Of a stretch of DNA of 64,000 bases, positions 50,351-60,472 are shown piece by piece. The stretch's first letter is position 1, and every line of letters starts with the position of its first letter. The notes under the pieces are model-generated. The model was not told the DNA's origin. It made no database searches and was given only the letters and a program-made list of their open reading frames with translations. Position numbers and translations under genes: made by a program. Source of the DNA: a bacterium (GTDB lineage: Bacteria > Hinthialibacterota > Hinthialibacteria > Hinthialibacterales > Hinthialibacteraceae); assembly GCA_963663405.2 (NCBI GenBank), contig CAXXSM010000132.1, forward strand, positions 32,001-96,000. The letters are read 5' to 3'.

Positions 50351-50797
50351 TTATTTCTTGAACCAAGTTCTCGGATTCAATCTGGATAGTATCGAACCAA
50401 AGCGATTCTCACCAATGTGAGTCTCTTTCAAAGCGGACCAGACGGCGTCCAATAACTGTTTTCCAACGACTGGGCGGTTACTTATTTTATAGATCTCATC
50501 TCGATGCTCAACGTTTTCCGGCGGAGTTGAATAAATCAGAATAAACTTGCATCGAACCGCTACTCCTTTCAGCAGCCAAATCAGATACGTTGGATTGGGG
50601 ATCTCTTCCGACTGACCCAGAATGTAAAGGTCGTAATGACAGGATTGGGCGTGATCCCACAGATCTAGATCGTTCTGTGCGATATCGGCTATTACACCTA
50701 GATTATCCGCAATTTGGTTTACAAGTTCCGCTTCTCCGGCTTGTAATCCTAAAGCTAATATTCTTTTTTTTGTTGTATTATCATTTGGCGCGATCAT
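50351..50797 (-). CDS. Hypothetical protein, degenerate receiver-like fold
   Basis: KKRILAL...HYDLYILG...ISNRPV pattern parallels receiver secondary structure without the catalytic Asp/Lys. Confidence 0.55.
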   Translation of the reverse strand: MIAPNDNTTKKRILALGLQAGEAELVNQIADNLGVIADIAQNDLDLWDHAQSCHYDLYILGQSEEIPNPTYLIWLLKGVAVRCKFILIYSTPPENVEHRDEIYKISNRPVVGKQLLDAVWSALKETHIGENRFGSILSRLNPRTWFKK

Positions 50798-50830
50798 GGG
50801 TCTGTCCTTTCTCAATCAGGATTAAAACAA

Positions 50831-51253
50831 CTACAAGGTGATATCATTACAACGAGTCATTTGATTGGTTTCACGGTCGATCGCGTGGAATAATTTTTCA
50901 CAAAAAATGTATAGATCGTTTTCTTTATCAATCGCTACAAAATCTACGGCGCCCGCGTCTAATAGTTTAGTACGCAGTTCATCGTCCTCCATTTCATGAA
51001 TGACAATGACGGGAACATGGGGATACTTTTTTTTGATTTTTCTCAAAGAAGAAAGTCGAGAACCGTCAGGGAGCGATGAATTCATTACAATCAAATCTAA
51101 CGAGAAGATGGTTGGATTATTGATCGAGTCGCTTAGGAATCGATGCCAGATCAGGTTATAGTTTTTTGATACGGAACACAAAAAATCATGAATGACAAAC
51201 ATCCCTTGAGGATTATTTTCAATCAGCAGAATATTGATTCCTGTTTTATTCAT
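50831..51253 (-). CDS. Atypical single-domain response regulator (pseudo-receiver)
   Basis: NILLIENN, DLIVMNSSLPD (Asp to Asn), VPVIVI, AGAVDFV; overlaps the TetR gene end. Confidence 0.8.
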   Translation of the reverse strand: MNKTGINILLIENNPQGMFVIHDFLCSVSKNYNLIWHRFLSDSINNPTIFSLDLIVMNSSLPDGSRLSSLRKIKKKYPHVPVIVIHEMEDDELRTKLLDAGAVDFVAIDKENDLYIFCEKLFHAIDRETNQMTRCNDITL

Positions 51254-51890
51254 TTCGCGCCTCCTTTGTCATGGATTTGGGCAGCGCAATGCTGTCGATA
51301 ACAGCGCGGAAACCCACGTCGACGCACTCGATCAGATTCGTTTCCGCAAAGCCACTGAGATGATGTTCGACAAGTCCCTTATACATACCAATCAAGATTT
51401 CCGAAATGTTTTCCACATCTACATCATTTCTTAACTTCCCTTCTTTTTGTACTTTTGACAGGAGGCGCCGGATGTCTTTAAAGGGACCGTGTTTAAACTG
51501 TTTGATTTTATCCCGTATGAATGCGAGTGTTTCAACGGTCCATTCCATTTGAAGAGTCAAAAAGAACATGAACTTATTGCATTCTTCGTCTTCGAGAACG
51601 AGTTCAGCTCGTCTCACAAAGTAGTTACGTAAATCATCCAAAGTCTCGAGTTGTGGAACCTTTTTTTTAGTTAACTTGTCTTCTTTCACAAGCATGATGT
51701 TAATCAATTCGGTCAGCAAATCCGGTTTGGTTTTGAAATGCCAATACACGGCGCCTTTGGTCAAATCGATCCGCTCTGCAATATCAACAAAGGTTGTATT
51801 GAAATATCCCTTTTCACTGAATAGATCCAACGCGGCTTTCAAAATCTTCTCTCGCGTTTCTTTCGCCTCTTCTTTGGTTCTTCTCGCCAT
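51246..51890 (-). CDS. TetR family regulator, AcrR/TtgR type
   Basis: MARRTKEEAKETREKILKAALDLF...TKGAVYWHFKTK. Confidence 0.95.
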   Translation of the reverse strand: MARRTKEEAKETREKILKAALDLFSEKGYFNTTFVDIAERIDLTKGAVYWHFKTKPDLLTELINIMLVKEDKLTKKKVPQLETLDDLRNYFVRRAELVLEDEECNKFMFFLTLQMEWTVETLAFIRDKIKQFKHGPFKDIRRLLSKVQKEGKLRNDVDVENISEILIGMYKGLVEHHLSGFAETNLIECVDVGFRAVIDSIALPKSMTKEARNE

Positions 51891-51935
51891 CGTTCTTCGT
51901 CCTTGTTTTATTCTCTAACGAAGTCCTCATACTAT

Positions 51936-51965
51936 ATTATACATACCTGCGGGAAGGTATGTCAA
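51936..51965 (-). promoter_or_regulatory. Consensus sigma70 promoter with embedded TetR operator
   Basis: Minus strand TTGACA-18 nt-TATAAT; inverted repeat ACATACCT-N6-AGGTATGT at 51941-51962. Confidence 0.85.
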
Positions 51966-52154
51966 GTAAAAATACTATTCCTCGAAAAAATTTACTTTTG
52001 GATGAACTTTATTGCTGGTGATTTGAAGTGATTCAGGATAGTCGTTGTGTAACGGCGCGCCACTATAAGACCGCCGATACGGCAAGCGGAAAAGGCAGGA
52101 TCATTATTCGGTTAAGCGGATGATATACGGAAGCGATTCTCAAAAAAAATACAA

Positions 52155-55100
52155 CTATTCAGTGATCTCCTTGCCCTCTAAATATTCAAACGCTTTTCTT
52201 AATGGAGGAAAAATATCAAGAAGACGTTCTCTTCGAGATAAACCGGAATAGTTTTTGTTTTGGATTTTTTTCAATTCTTCTGAGGTAAATATGCCCGCTT
52301 CAATATCCGGTGAAATACCGTTTTCATTGATGTCATGCCCCGCTGGAGTGAAAAGGCGGGTATCGGGATCGTTCTGACATAGACTCTTCGTCCCGATCAG
52401 AAGCGCGTTTCGATGTTCCTTTAACGCGTTGGCCAACATGCCCACGGCGTTTCCTGATAAATTATTGATTAAAACCACAATCGGCGTTTTAAACAGCCAA
52501 CGTTCTCCGTCCGTCTTCGATACAAAATCCTTCCGGGGGGAATCGATATAGGCGATCGCTTTCCCTTTGGGTAAAAATAGATCGGCGGTCTTAATCGCTT
52601 CTTCCAATAAACCACCCATATTGCACTGGAAATCTAAAATCAACTTCTTCATTCCATCCGCTCTCAGTTTCAATAGAGCCTTCCGAATATTCTCCGCGCT
52701 TTTCTCATCAAACGATCGAATCTTAAGATATCCAATCTCATCGTTCAACATCTCAGATCTTATCTGTTGGATGATGGGTTGTGGCGCTCGTTTCAATGTG
52801 ATATCGATTAGTTCTGAGTCGCTTTTTCGTAAGATTGTGAGAGTGACGGAGGTATCCTTCTCGCCTCTGATTTTATTCACTGCTTTGGCTAATTTATCTT
52901 GATATTCACCTTCCCAATCCTCCAAACTCTCACCATTTACAGCTATAATAATATCCCCGCTCTGAATGCCTTCTTTTTCAGCGGGAGTACCGGGTATGGG
53001 AGAAACAACGAGAATTCCTAGATCTCTCTCTGTATCCCAATCTGCAATAATTCCAACGCCATAGACAGAATTTTTGAGAACACGCATAGACCATTCCTGG
53101 CCAATAGTCTCCGTGATCACAATATCTTCAGACTTGGGTGTATACGCTGCATCTATTGCATCTTTAAAATGCTTAATATAGTCCGTAGTGGATTGTACTC
53201 CGCTCGCAGGATGGATCGTTCCTTTCGACTCGAAGAAAAAATTTCCCGGCGTTGTTAAATAAGGAAAGACTTTAGTTTTGGATACATTCCCCTTTCCATC
53301 GAGGATGTAATTCTCAGGTGTTTTTTCTTCAACTGATGAAGAAAGATCTGTGGTATTGGATACCTCACTCATACCGATTGTTTTGGGCTGTTTTACTTCA
53401 CGTATCCGAACGACACCCGGTTTGATTTCCTCATACGAAAGTCCATACGAGGGCAATACCATATCCAACACATCCCGCGCGGTTGGATTGTCTAGGCTGA
53501 ACGTCACTTTTTTCGAAACGCCTTCATCGAGAACGTACTGCAATCCACATTGATCCTTGAGTAGATTCAACATGAGTGACAACTCAATGTCCTGCGCTTC
53601 AACCGGCCCATCGATCTTCTTATCAAGAGTTGTATTCTTTTTCGGAGTTTTTATCACTTGAACACGGCTGGGTTGTTGTTTTTTCGGTTGCTCGAAAAGA
53701 ACGCATTGCAGGACAAATTGATGTGGATCGCCCTGTGTTTCCTTTGCTGGAAGACCGATTGTAACCCGGAGCATGGATTTTAATATGTTTAATTCATCTG
53801 CGCTGAAAGGAATTCTTTCCCCCTCTTCGCTTTCCTTGTAATTTAAAAGAACCGCGATTGCGATCTCTTTGATTTTTGCTCCGCTATCTTCTGCGATTGT
53901 TTCAAACCAAGGATGAACGTAATTCGTTACTTCTTCTGTGATTTCAGTGTTGTTGACATTCGATTCCGATCCGATTCCCTCATCTTGGACGGTACTGGAT
54001 ACTCCAGGAGCCCCCGTAACGCCTTTCTGTGCGCTTGTCTCAGAATATTCTTTCGTGGAGATAGGCGCCTTATTCACTTTATCAATAGTAATATTCTTTA
54101 TCGGTGATTTTTTCCAATCCAACTTTGCGTTGACAGTGACATTATAATTATCAGGGCCAATGAGCCGCCCCAGCGCTTTCTCCAATTTCTGCTGTAATGC
54201 GTTCTCAATACTGCGCTGTACTTCCAATTGTTTAATTGATCCTGCTGCTGTGGATGCCACGGTTTTCGCATAGCCTAGAGCATTCAAGTTCTGTTGTGTC
54301 TTCCCGCTGTCTGTTGTGACTTGATAAGGCGTTGCGTCCTCTTGGACTGCCGCATACGTTTCCTCCGCGTTTGTTTGCGAGATCACACTCCAAACCGGCA
54401 GCATCAGCGATACAATCAAACCCAATGCGATGTAGGCGCGGGCGCTTAATGGCGAAATCAGACCTGATTTGGAGAGTATCCGTTTTAATCGGCGGCCCAG
54501 GCCGTTTTTTGACTCGGTAAACGCCACCGCCGCGTAGGAATATTGCTGATTCACGGTCATTTCCGCTACATCCAACAGCAGGCGGCTGTATTCCCGTTTG
54601 TCTCCTGGATAGCGCTGCAGGACGAGATCGTCACAGCTGCGTTCACTCTCTTCATTTACTCGCGTATGGAGGTACCAGACAATCGGATTCCACCACGCCA
54701 GGATCGTAATTACTACCCACAACCAATTCAATTGATGATCCCGGCGGCGGATATGCGCCAGTTCATGACAGAGCAGCATTCGTAAGCGGGGCAAATCCAA
54801 CGCGGCGGTCTCGTGGGAAAGCAATATAACCGGACGGAAAAAGCCTACTACCATTGGGCTGTGTGATTCTTCTGTCACTAAAACTGGAATGGAGCGGGAA
54901 AGTCCTAATTCCTTACTAATTTCTTGCGTGGCGTGGATCAGTTTATCGTCTTGTGTGGGAGCGCGTTTTATCGAATACACATTCCGAACCTGCCACGCGG
55001 TCCGCGCGCCAAACGCGATCAATCCCATCCCCCAGAGGAGAAACAACGCTTCAAACCAGCCGAACGTAAAACCTGACGAATCCTCTCCCTTTTCAAAAGC

Positions 55101-55451
55101 GGTAACCGTAGCCGTTTCCCCTAAAGAAATGGGGGTATTCTCTTCAAATCCAACAACCGGTTCCATTAAATCCGCATCGGTTATTATTGGAGCGTACGCG
55201 CCCTTCATTTCCGTGATTGCGCTGGTGTTTGAAGGCAGCAATGGAAGTTCTATCCCCAACGGCCAGGGAATCACGAATTTCACCAACACAATCGCCCAGC
55301 ACAAATACCGCCACCGCGCCGGCCATGTCCGCATCCACCGGATCGCCAAAAGCAGGATCGCCAGGGTGGCCAAGCCTTGTAGAAAAACCGTTTGATTCCA
55401 TTGAAACCAAATTCCGGATATGTTTGTTAACCATTCGAAACTATTCGCCAT
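52155..55451 (-). CDS. BlaR1/M56 peptidase with FliF-like, STN, PDZ and S41-like extracytoplasmic domains
   Basis: RYLCW, SPMVVGFFRP, HELAHIRRRD, WWNP, ERSCD; then LEKALGRLIGPDNYNVTVNAKLD, an STN-like segment, PAEKEGIQSGD, IGYLKIRSF, LILDFQCNMGG, GISPDI. Confidence 0.88.
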   Translation of the reverse strand: MANSFEWLTNISGIWFQWNQTVFLQGLATLAILLLAIRWMRTWPARWRYLCWAIVLVKFVIPWPLGIELPLLPSNTSAITEMKGAYAPIITDADLMEPVVGFEENTPISLGETATVTAFEKGEDSSGFTFGWFEALFLLWGMGLIAFGARTAWQVRNVYSIKRAPTQDDKLIHATQEISKELGLSRSIPVLVTEESHSPMVVGFFRPVILLSHETAALDLPRLRMLLCHELAHIRRRDHQLNWLWVVITILAWWNPIVWYLHTRVNEESERSCDDLVLQRYPGDKREYSRLLLDVAEMTVNQQYSYAAVAFTESKNGLGRRLKRILSKSGLISPLSARAYIALGLIVSLMLPVWSVISQTNAEETYAAVQEDATPYQVTTDSGKTQQNLNALGYAKTVASTAAGSIKQLEVQRSIENALQQKLEKALGRLIGPDNYNVTVNAKLDWKKSPIKNITIDKVNKAPISTKEYSETSAQKGVTGAPGVSSTVQDEGIGSESNVNNTEITEEVTNYVHPWFETIAEDSGAKIKEIAIAVLLNYKESEEGERIPFSADELNILKSMLRVTIGLPAKETQGDPHQFVLQCVLFEQPKKQQPSRVQVIKTPKKNTTLDKKIDGPVEAQDIELSLMLNLLKDQCGLQYVLDEGVSKKVTFSLDNPTARDVLDMVLPSYGLSYEEIKPGVVRIREVKQPKTIGMSEVSNTTDLSSSVEEKTPENYILDGKGNVSKTKVFPYLTTPGNFFFESKGTIHPASGVQSTTDYIKHFKDAIDAAYTPKSEDIVITETIGQEWSMRVLKNSVYGVGIIADWDTERDLGILVVSPIPGTPAEKEGIQSGDIIIAVNGESLEDWEGEYQDKLAKAVNKIRGEKDTSVTLTILRKSDSELIDITLKRAPQPIIQQIRSEMLNDEIGYLKIRSFDEKSAENIRKALLKLRADGMKKLILDFQCNMGGLLEEAIKTADLFLPKGKAIAYIDSPRKDFVSKTDGERWLFKTPIVVLINNLSGNAVGMLANALKEHRNALLIGTKSLCQNDPDTRLFTPAGHDINENGISPDIEAGIFTSEELKKIQNKNYSGLSRRERLLDIFPPLRKAFEYLEGKEITE

Positions 55452-55470
55452 CGGATTTCTCCCATCCTTT

Positions 55471-55854
55471 TTAGGATTCAAGTTCGTCCAACATCGCCCG
55501 CAGTTTTTGAATCTCTTCCGCGTTCAATTTTTGCGTTCGCACAAGGGTGGAAAATACGGTAAGAGGATCATCCTGAAAGTATCGCTTCAGCAGCGACCGC
55601 ACCGCGTTCTTGCGCACTTGCTCCGGTTTGATCTCCGCATGAAACACAAAGGCTTTTCCCTTATCACTTCGGGTGTGCCGGACCACGCCCTTCGCCTCCA
55701 TCCGTTGGAGCAGTGTAATAATTGTTGAATACGCCGGATTCCGGCCCTTCGGTGTCTTCTCCAACACCTGCCGCGCAGTAATGGGACCATGCTCCCATAA
55801 CACCTGCAGAATCTCCATCTCCGCTTCGGATATATTCACCTGTTCTTTAGCCAT
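55471..55854 (-). CDS. BlaI/MecI/CopY family repressor
   Basis: ISEAEMEILQVLW, AYSTIITLLQRMEAKG. Confidence 0.95.
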   Translation of the reverse strand: MAKEQVNISEAEMEILQVLWEHGPITARQVLEKTPKGRNPAYSTIITLLQRMEAKGVVRHTRSDKGKAFVFHAEIKPEQVRKNAVRSLLKRYFQDDPLTVFSTLVRTQKLNAEEIQKLRAMLDELES

Positions 55855-55879
55855 AATGTTTCTTTCCTCAATAACGATT

Positions 55880-55952
55880 CTCCAACACTGTTGGAGGCAA
55901 GAATATCGCGTTCTGTAAATATTGTCAAGAGTAAATATTTACTTATGTAAAT
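55880..55952 (-). promoter_or_regulatory. blaI-type promoter/operator region
   Basis: Minus strand TTGACA (55928-55923)-17 nt-TATTCT; palindromes CTCCAACA-C-TGTTGGAG (55880-55896) and ATTTACTTATGTAAAT (55937-55952, close to TACAnnTGTA). Confidence 0.65.
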
Positions 55953-56032
55953 TTTTTGTAGAAAAAGTTTTGCCGATTACCTGAGAAGAGCAGAGTAATT
56001 TCTTTTTGTTGTGAATGAATAATGATTCGTGT

Positions 56033-57634
56033 TTATGGATTCAAACAAAGCCCCCGCCCCCGAAGTCGTTCATTGACCACAGGATTGAGATAGTACTTCG
56101 CGATCCATTCAATCACAGGAACGCAGACGGCGTCACCAAGGCCGAACAACGCCTGGTTTACTGGCGCGCCGATTTTATATTTATCCGCTCCCATCAGCCG
56201 GGCGCATTCACGTGGTGTCAGCAATCGGGCGTAATAATTTCCTTTTCCCGCTTTGAAGAGGATCTGTCTTCCGCTGCCCCCGCGTGGTGTCCGCAGACAA
56301 CCCGCGATACCGTCCGTCCGTAATTCGGCCATCGATTGTTGATTGCGGATTCGGCGGAAGATGGTCCCATAGGTCCAGTCTTTTCCACGAATCATACGCT
56401 CTGCGGTTTCCCTGTGGTGTGGGCTCATCTGATTTAAAAGATATTCCGCGCGTTCCGGACCCCACCAAGCCTCCGCGTCATCAGACAAATCTTCAAGAAT
56501 ATCCTGCAGTACGAGTGTGCGCTGTGGCGGGGAAGGGAGATTGCGGATATTCCAATCAATCTCTGGATGATGATAGATAAAATGAATCAGGGCTTTGGGC
56601 CGAAGCGCGCTTTCCTCCGCTTCTTTGGAAACTGTTTTGGATGGTGTCCCGTCTGTTTGTGTTCCAATTACGAAAAGGCGTTTCCGGCTTTGAGGGACGA
56701 AGTGAACGGCGTCGAGAATAAATACATCTATTTTATAATTGAGCCGATTCAAAGAGAGCAACGCGTCCGTCAAATCTTTTCCTTCATGAGATGTAAGAAA
56801 TCCGGCCACATTTTCCAACAAAACCAGTGGAGGGCGCCGTGTCTCCATCGCTTCAAGTATACGGACAAAACCCCAAAACGCGGACGATTGCTTTCCTCTC
56901 AATCCCTTTCGTGAACCCGCCAGCGAGAGATCGTTGCACGGAAACGACGCCGTCGCGAGACTCACGGATGGGACTTTATCGGGAGAAAGATTATGTACGT
57001 CCTCAAGTACATAATTCCCGTACGAGGCGCCGAAATGATGGGTATGCATCGCATATTTCTTCTCATCGATATCGCTTTCAAAGGGAACCGTCCATCCCTC
57101 TTTTTCCAATCCCATCCGCATCAAACCGATCCCTGCGAAAAAGTCCGCCGAACTCTTTGCCGCTGCAAGAGACCAGGGATTGAAATCCGCTCCCCGCTGA
57201 ATCGTATCCAACGTCAATTTGACGCATCCCTGCAGATCTGTTTTGATCTGGCTTTCCCAGAATCGCAGAACAGTCCAGCCATCTGACAAAAGCGCGGCGG
57301 TCACTGAACAATCCCTCGCCATGTTGCGGCGGATCTTCCGCAGCCAATACGCTTTGGATTTTGTCTCCCGGAACTGTACTTCCAGCGCTGGCAACCGCCT
57401 CAACCGCCATTGGTTACCATGCCAGTAATCTCCATCCACGAAGATCGCGAGCCGCTTGGAAGGCAGCGCAAGATCGGGTTTTCCTGGCAGATCCACAGGA
57501 CAGATTTTATAACGAAGTCCTTCCCTCCAAAGCGCCTTACGGAATAGGAGTTCCGGTGTAGTGTCACTCGAATGGACCTTCCGCATAATCGCGGATATAT
57601 CTCTTGCTGGGGGGATTGTGTCCGGAGTGGCCAC
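56033..57634 (-). CDS. Vsr endonuclease - DNA (cytosine-5) methyltransferase fusion
   Basis: N-terminal TTPE, LPGKPD, FVDGDYWHG, GWTVLRFWE; then FFAGIG, SFPCND, LENV, PQSRKR, LTPRECARLMG, GDAV. Confidence 0.92.
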   Translation of the reverse strand: MATPDTIPPARDISAIMRKVHSSDTTPELLFRKALWREGLRYKICPVDLPGKPDLALPSKRLAIFVDGDYWHGNQWRLRRLPALEVQFRETKSKAYWLRKIRRNMARDCSVTAALLSDGWTVLRFWESQIKTDLQGCVKLTLDTIQRGADFNPWSLAAAKSSADFFAGIGLMRMGLEKEGWTVPFESDIDEKKYAMHTHHFGASYGNYVLEDVHNLSPDKVPSVSLATASFPCNDLSLAGSRKGLRGKQSSAFWGFVRILEAMETRRPPLVLLENVAGFLTSHEGKDLTDALLSLNRLNYKIDVFILDAVHFVPQSRKRLFVIGTQTDGTPSKTVSKEAEESALRPKALIHFIYHHPEIDWNIRNLPSPPQRTLVLQDILEDLSDDAEAWWGPERAEYLLNQMSPHHRETAERMIRGKDWTYGTIFRRIRNQQSMAELRTDGIAGCLRTPRGGSGRQILFKAGKGNYYARLLTPRECARLMGADKYKIGAPVNQALFGLGDAVCVPVIEWIAKYYLNPVVNERLRGRGLCLNP

Positions 57635-57646
57635 TATTTTGTACCG

Positions 57647-58756
57647 TTAGGCGTTCACACTTGTGCGGTGTGCGGTTTCTTTTAGGCAGGCGATTAAACG
57701 CTGGTTCTCCTCCGGCGTTCCTACAGCGATGCGAATCGCCGGTCGTTCAATTCCTGGCGCGGATGATTGGTCGGAAACGAGAATCCCCTGTTCCGCGAGT
57801 GTTTGAGAAAGATTGATCTTTTGCATTGAAACCGGTGGAAAGGCGAGGATGAAATTGGTGTGAGATTCTGGAATTTCAAATCCAAGTTGGATTAATTCTC
57901 CACGCATCGCGTCCCGTGAGCGTTTCAATTCATCAATCCGTTCTTGATACGCGGGAAGATCGCCGATCGCCGCGATACCCGCCGCCTGCGCGATCACGTT
58001 TACGGGAAACGTCAACGCATAGCGGGCCATTGTATCAATCAACTGTTCATTCGCGACTGCGTATCCCAACCGCAAACCGGATAAACCGAAACTTTTTGAT
58101 AAGCTGCGGAACACGATCAAATTGTCATACTCGAAGATACTATCGACTAGAGTAGCGCCGGAATATTCAAAATAACACTCATCGATGACCACGATCCCAG
58201 GCGCTTTCCCGATCCATTCCAACAACCGCTCCCTTGCTGTAAGCGTCCCGGTTGGATTATTTGGATTGGCGATGAACATGAGGGCGGTATTTTGCCATTC
58301 GTCTTCGTGGATTGTAGAAATATCGGGGATTTCAAAATCCTTCGTTTGGGAAAGGGAGAGCGTTGGGCGCCCATGCCGTTTCGCGGCGAAAGAATAAACA
58401 AAAAAAGTGGGATTGAATACAGCCGCGCATTGCCCCTGCCGGATGAACGAAACCACGGCGAGATCGATCAATTCATCGGATCCGTTGCCAACAATCACGT
58501 TCTCAGGCTTGACGCTGTAACCTACATATTCCGCAATCACCTCGCGCAACATGCCGCAATTTGTGTCGGGATAGCGGTTGGCGTGTCGCGCAGCGTCTTC
58601 GATCGCCTTCCGCACGGCGTTCGTTGGAGCGTAGGGATTTTCTCCCAAATGCAAAAACACGTTGTTGTCCTCCATCCGGTTCCAAAAGGAGGGAATGGCT
58701 TTCCGTGGAGGCAGACCAGTACCAACCGCCTTGTTGGATGATTGTTTTTGATCCAT
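57647..58756 (-). CDS. hisC: Histidinol-phosphate aminotransferase family PLP enzyme
   Basis: ENPY, NRYPD, GNGSDE, NPNNPTG, DECY, RSLSKSFGLSGLRLGY. Confidence 0.85.
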   Translation of the reverse strand: MDQKQSSNKAVGTGLPPRKAIPSFWNRMEDNNVFLHLGENPYAPTNAVRKAIEDAARHANRYPDTNCGMLREVIAEYVGYSVKPENVIVGNGSDELIDLAVVSFIRQGQCAAVFNPTFFVYSFAAKRHGRPTLSLSQTKDFEIPDISTIHEDEWQNTALMFIANPNNPTGTLTARERLLEWIGKAPGIVVIDECYFEYSGATLVDSIFEYDNLIVFRSLSKSFGLSGLRLGYAVANEQLIDTMARYALTFPVNVIAQAAGIAAIGDLPAYQERIDELKRSRDAMRGELIQLGFEIPESHTNFILAFPPVSMQKINLSQTLAEQGILVSDQSSAPGIERPAIRIAVGTPEENQRLIACLKETAHRTSVNA

Positions 58757-58781
58757 TCTGTTTTCCCATAATTGCAATGAT

Positions 58782-58807
58782 AAAAGGGGGCACGCTCACG
58801 TGCCCCC
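58782..58807 (-). terminator. Intrinsic terminator
   Basis: gggggcacg-ctca-cgtgccccc with a T run on the minus strand, downstream of the epimerase gene. Confidence 0.75.
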
Positions 58808-58853
58808 ATCGCTGATCCAATTCATGTTTTAATCGAAAGTCGGATTCGGTAAT

Positions 58854-59876
58854 TTAATCCGCTCCCATACCATCTTCGAAGGAGCCTTCCGCAATATTGA
58901 AGCAAAGTACGTCGCGGACATATTTGATTCCATCCGAACTGGCGGCGTCTAAGTGCCAATGCGCGCTTTCCGCTTCGACAACGAGTGGGGCTGTATCGCT
59001 ACCCATTTTGGAAAGGTATTTTTCTGGATACCCGACAAAGCACATCAATTCAGCGAACCGGACCAGATTGATATCACCGCTGGGCAGGTCGGTAAATTGC
59101 ATTGCGCGTTTTTGCCAATCGCCTTCGATGGCGCGCAGGGGGAAACGGGGCCGGATGACGTGGTTTTTTACGTGACAGCCATAGCACCGGTCTCCGACTT
59201 TGAGGAAACGGGTTTCCCAATCTTCACCTTCCCAGCAATGGGATGGGTCTACATTCACGCCGAGGCAGGGATCGTTATCACAAATATCCACCAGCATGTT
59301 GAAATCGTCGGCGCACATAGCGCCGGTGCCGGGATGAATCTCATGCGCGAATATCAGACCGAGCTGGTTCGCTTTCTCCCGCAGTTTCGCGGTTCTCGTA
59401 ACGAAGCGTTCTTTGCCTTCAGCGATGAGATCGTAATCACCTCCTGCGAAGAATCCCCAGGGATAACCGGTCGCCACTTCCCAGCCGAACGCCGTGCCCC
59501 AGAACATCGGTATGATCTTCACACCCAATTCGACCGCGAGATCGAATTTGCTCATTAGGTAATCTTCCGCCCACTGTTCGATTTCATTGGGGGATTTCTT
59601 CGCGACATCGCCGGGGATGAAGGGACGAATGGTTGGACTCTGTGTCCACGCTGTGGTGTGAACCCAGAATGGACAGTGCATGGAAATCCCATCCAATTTT
59701 AATCCACGGGAATCGAAAGCGGCCTTGATTTCAGAAGCGCTTTTTCCATCCAACATAAAATTCGACGGTTGAGCGCCAGCTGCCCCTGACTGTTTCGCAA
59801 AATCCAGAAACCCTTCAAGACCCTTATCGCCGTGCTGAGCTCCCTCTACGCTAGGATGAAAACAAGGTTTCGCCAT
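58854..59876 (-). CDS. Sugar phosphate isomerase/epimerase (xylose-isomerase-like TIM barrel)
   Basis: AHEIHP, NVDPSH, HVKN, VEAE metal-ligand pattern; AAGGAG RBS. Confidence 0.88.
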   Translation of the reverse strand: MAKPCFHPSVEGAQHGDKGLEGFLDFAKQSGAAGAQPSNFMLDGKSASEIKAAFDSRGLKLDGISMHCPFWVHTTAWTQSPTIRPFIPGDVAKKSPNEIEQWAEDYLMSKFDLAVELGVKIIPMFWGTAFGWEVATGYPWGFFAGGDYDLIAEGKERFVTRTAKLREKANQLGLIFAHEIHPGTGAMCADDFNMLVDICDNDPCLGVNVDPSHCWEGEDWETRFLKVGDRCYGCHVKNHVIRPRFPLRAIEGDWQKRAMQFTDLPSGDINLVRFAELMCFVGYPEKYLSKMGSDTAPLVVEAESAHWHLDAASSDGIKYVRDVLCFNIAEGSFEDGMGAD

Positions 59877-60037
59877 GATAATTTCTCTCCTTAAATATAA
59901 ATCCTAATAAAATTAGTATTTGATGAATATAAAATGTAATTGATTTCGCAATTGACTTCAAGCCTTTGGGAAATGGGGAATGGGTAAAATGCGGAAAAGA
60001 ACAAAGTAAGTGTTTGAGTAGATACTCAGAATATTGC

Positions 60038-60469
60038 TTATACAGTTTCTTTTGGTGGATCTTCGATCCAACATATCTGGTTTGAGTAAGAACTGCTTTT
60101 TACTTTATTGTAGAACTGCTTGTCCGCCGTTACCATGACGCCACCATATTTCTCAGTAATCGCTAGATAAACGCAGTCATAGGCGGGATGGTCAAGTTCG
60201 CAGGAAATCCGGTAAGCGTTTTCCATTAAATCGAGGGTTGGAATGTAATGGATCGTCAATTCGTGAAAACGTTTTAACGATTCGCAGCCGTACGAGTGTG
60301 TGATTTTCTTAATCCTGGTATTTTTGTGGACGATATTAATAAACTCAGATACAAGGAGATCCGGCGCAACGAATCGATAATAGGGTTGTAAAAGATAGTC
60401 CGCCGCTTCTTTTAGTGGTTCATCAAAAAACCATTTTCCTGCTACACTGGCGTCGATTATAATATCCAC
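60038..60469 (-). CDS. vapC: VapC-family PIN toxin
   Basis: IIDASVAGKW, APDLLVSE, YDCVYLA, VTAD. Confidence 0.92.
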   Translation of the reverse strand: MDIIIDASVAGKWFFDEPLKEAADYLLQPYYRFVAPDLLVSEFINIVHKNTRIKKITHSYGCESLKRFHELTIHYIPTLDLMENAYRISCELDHPAYDCVYLAITEKYGGVMVTADKQFYNKVKSSSYSNQICWIEDPPKETV

Positions 60470-60472
60470 AAG

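Noticed and set aside
52027-52118. Minus-strand GCTTAAC...GTTACAC pair suggesting an attC
   Set aside because: No complementary L boxes at the required spacing.
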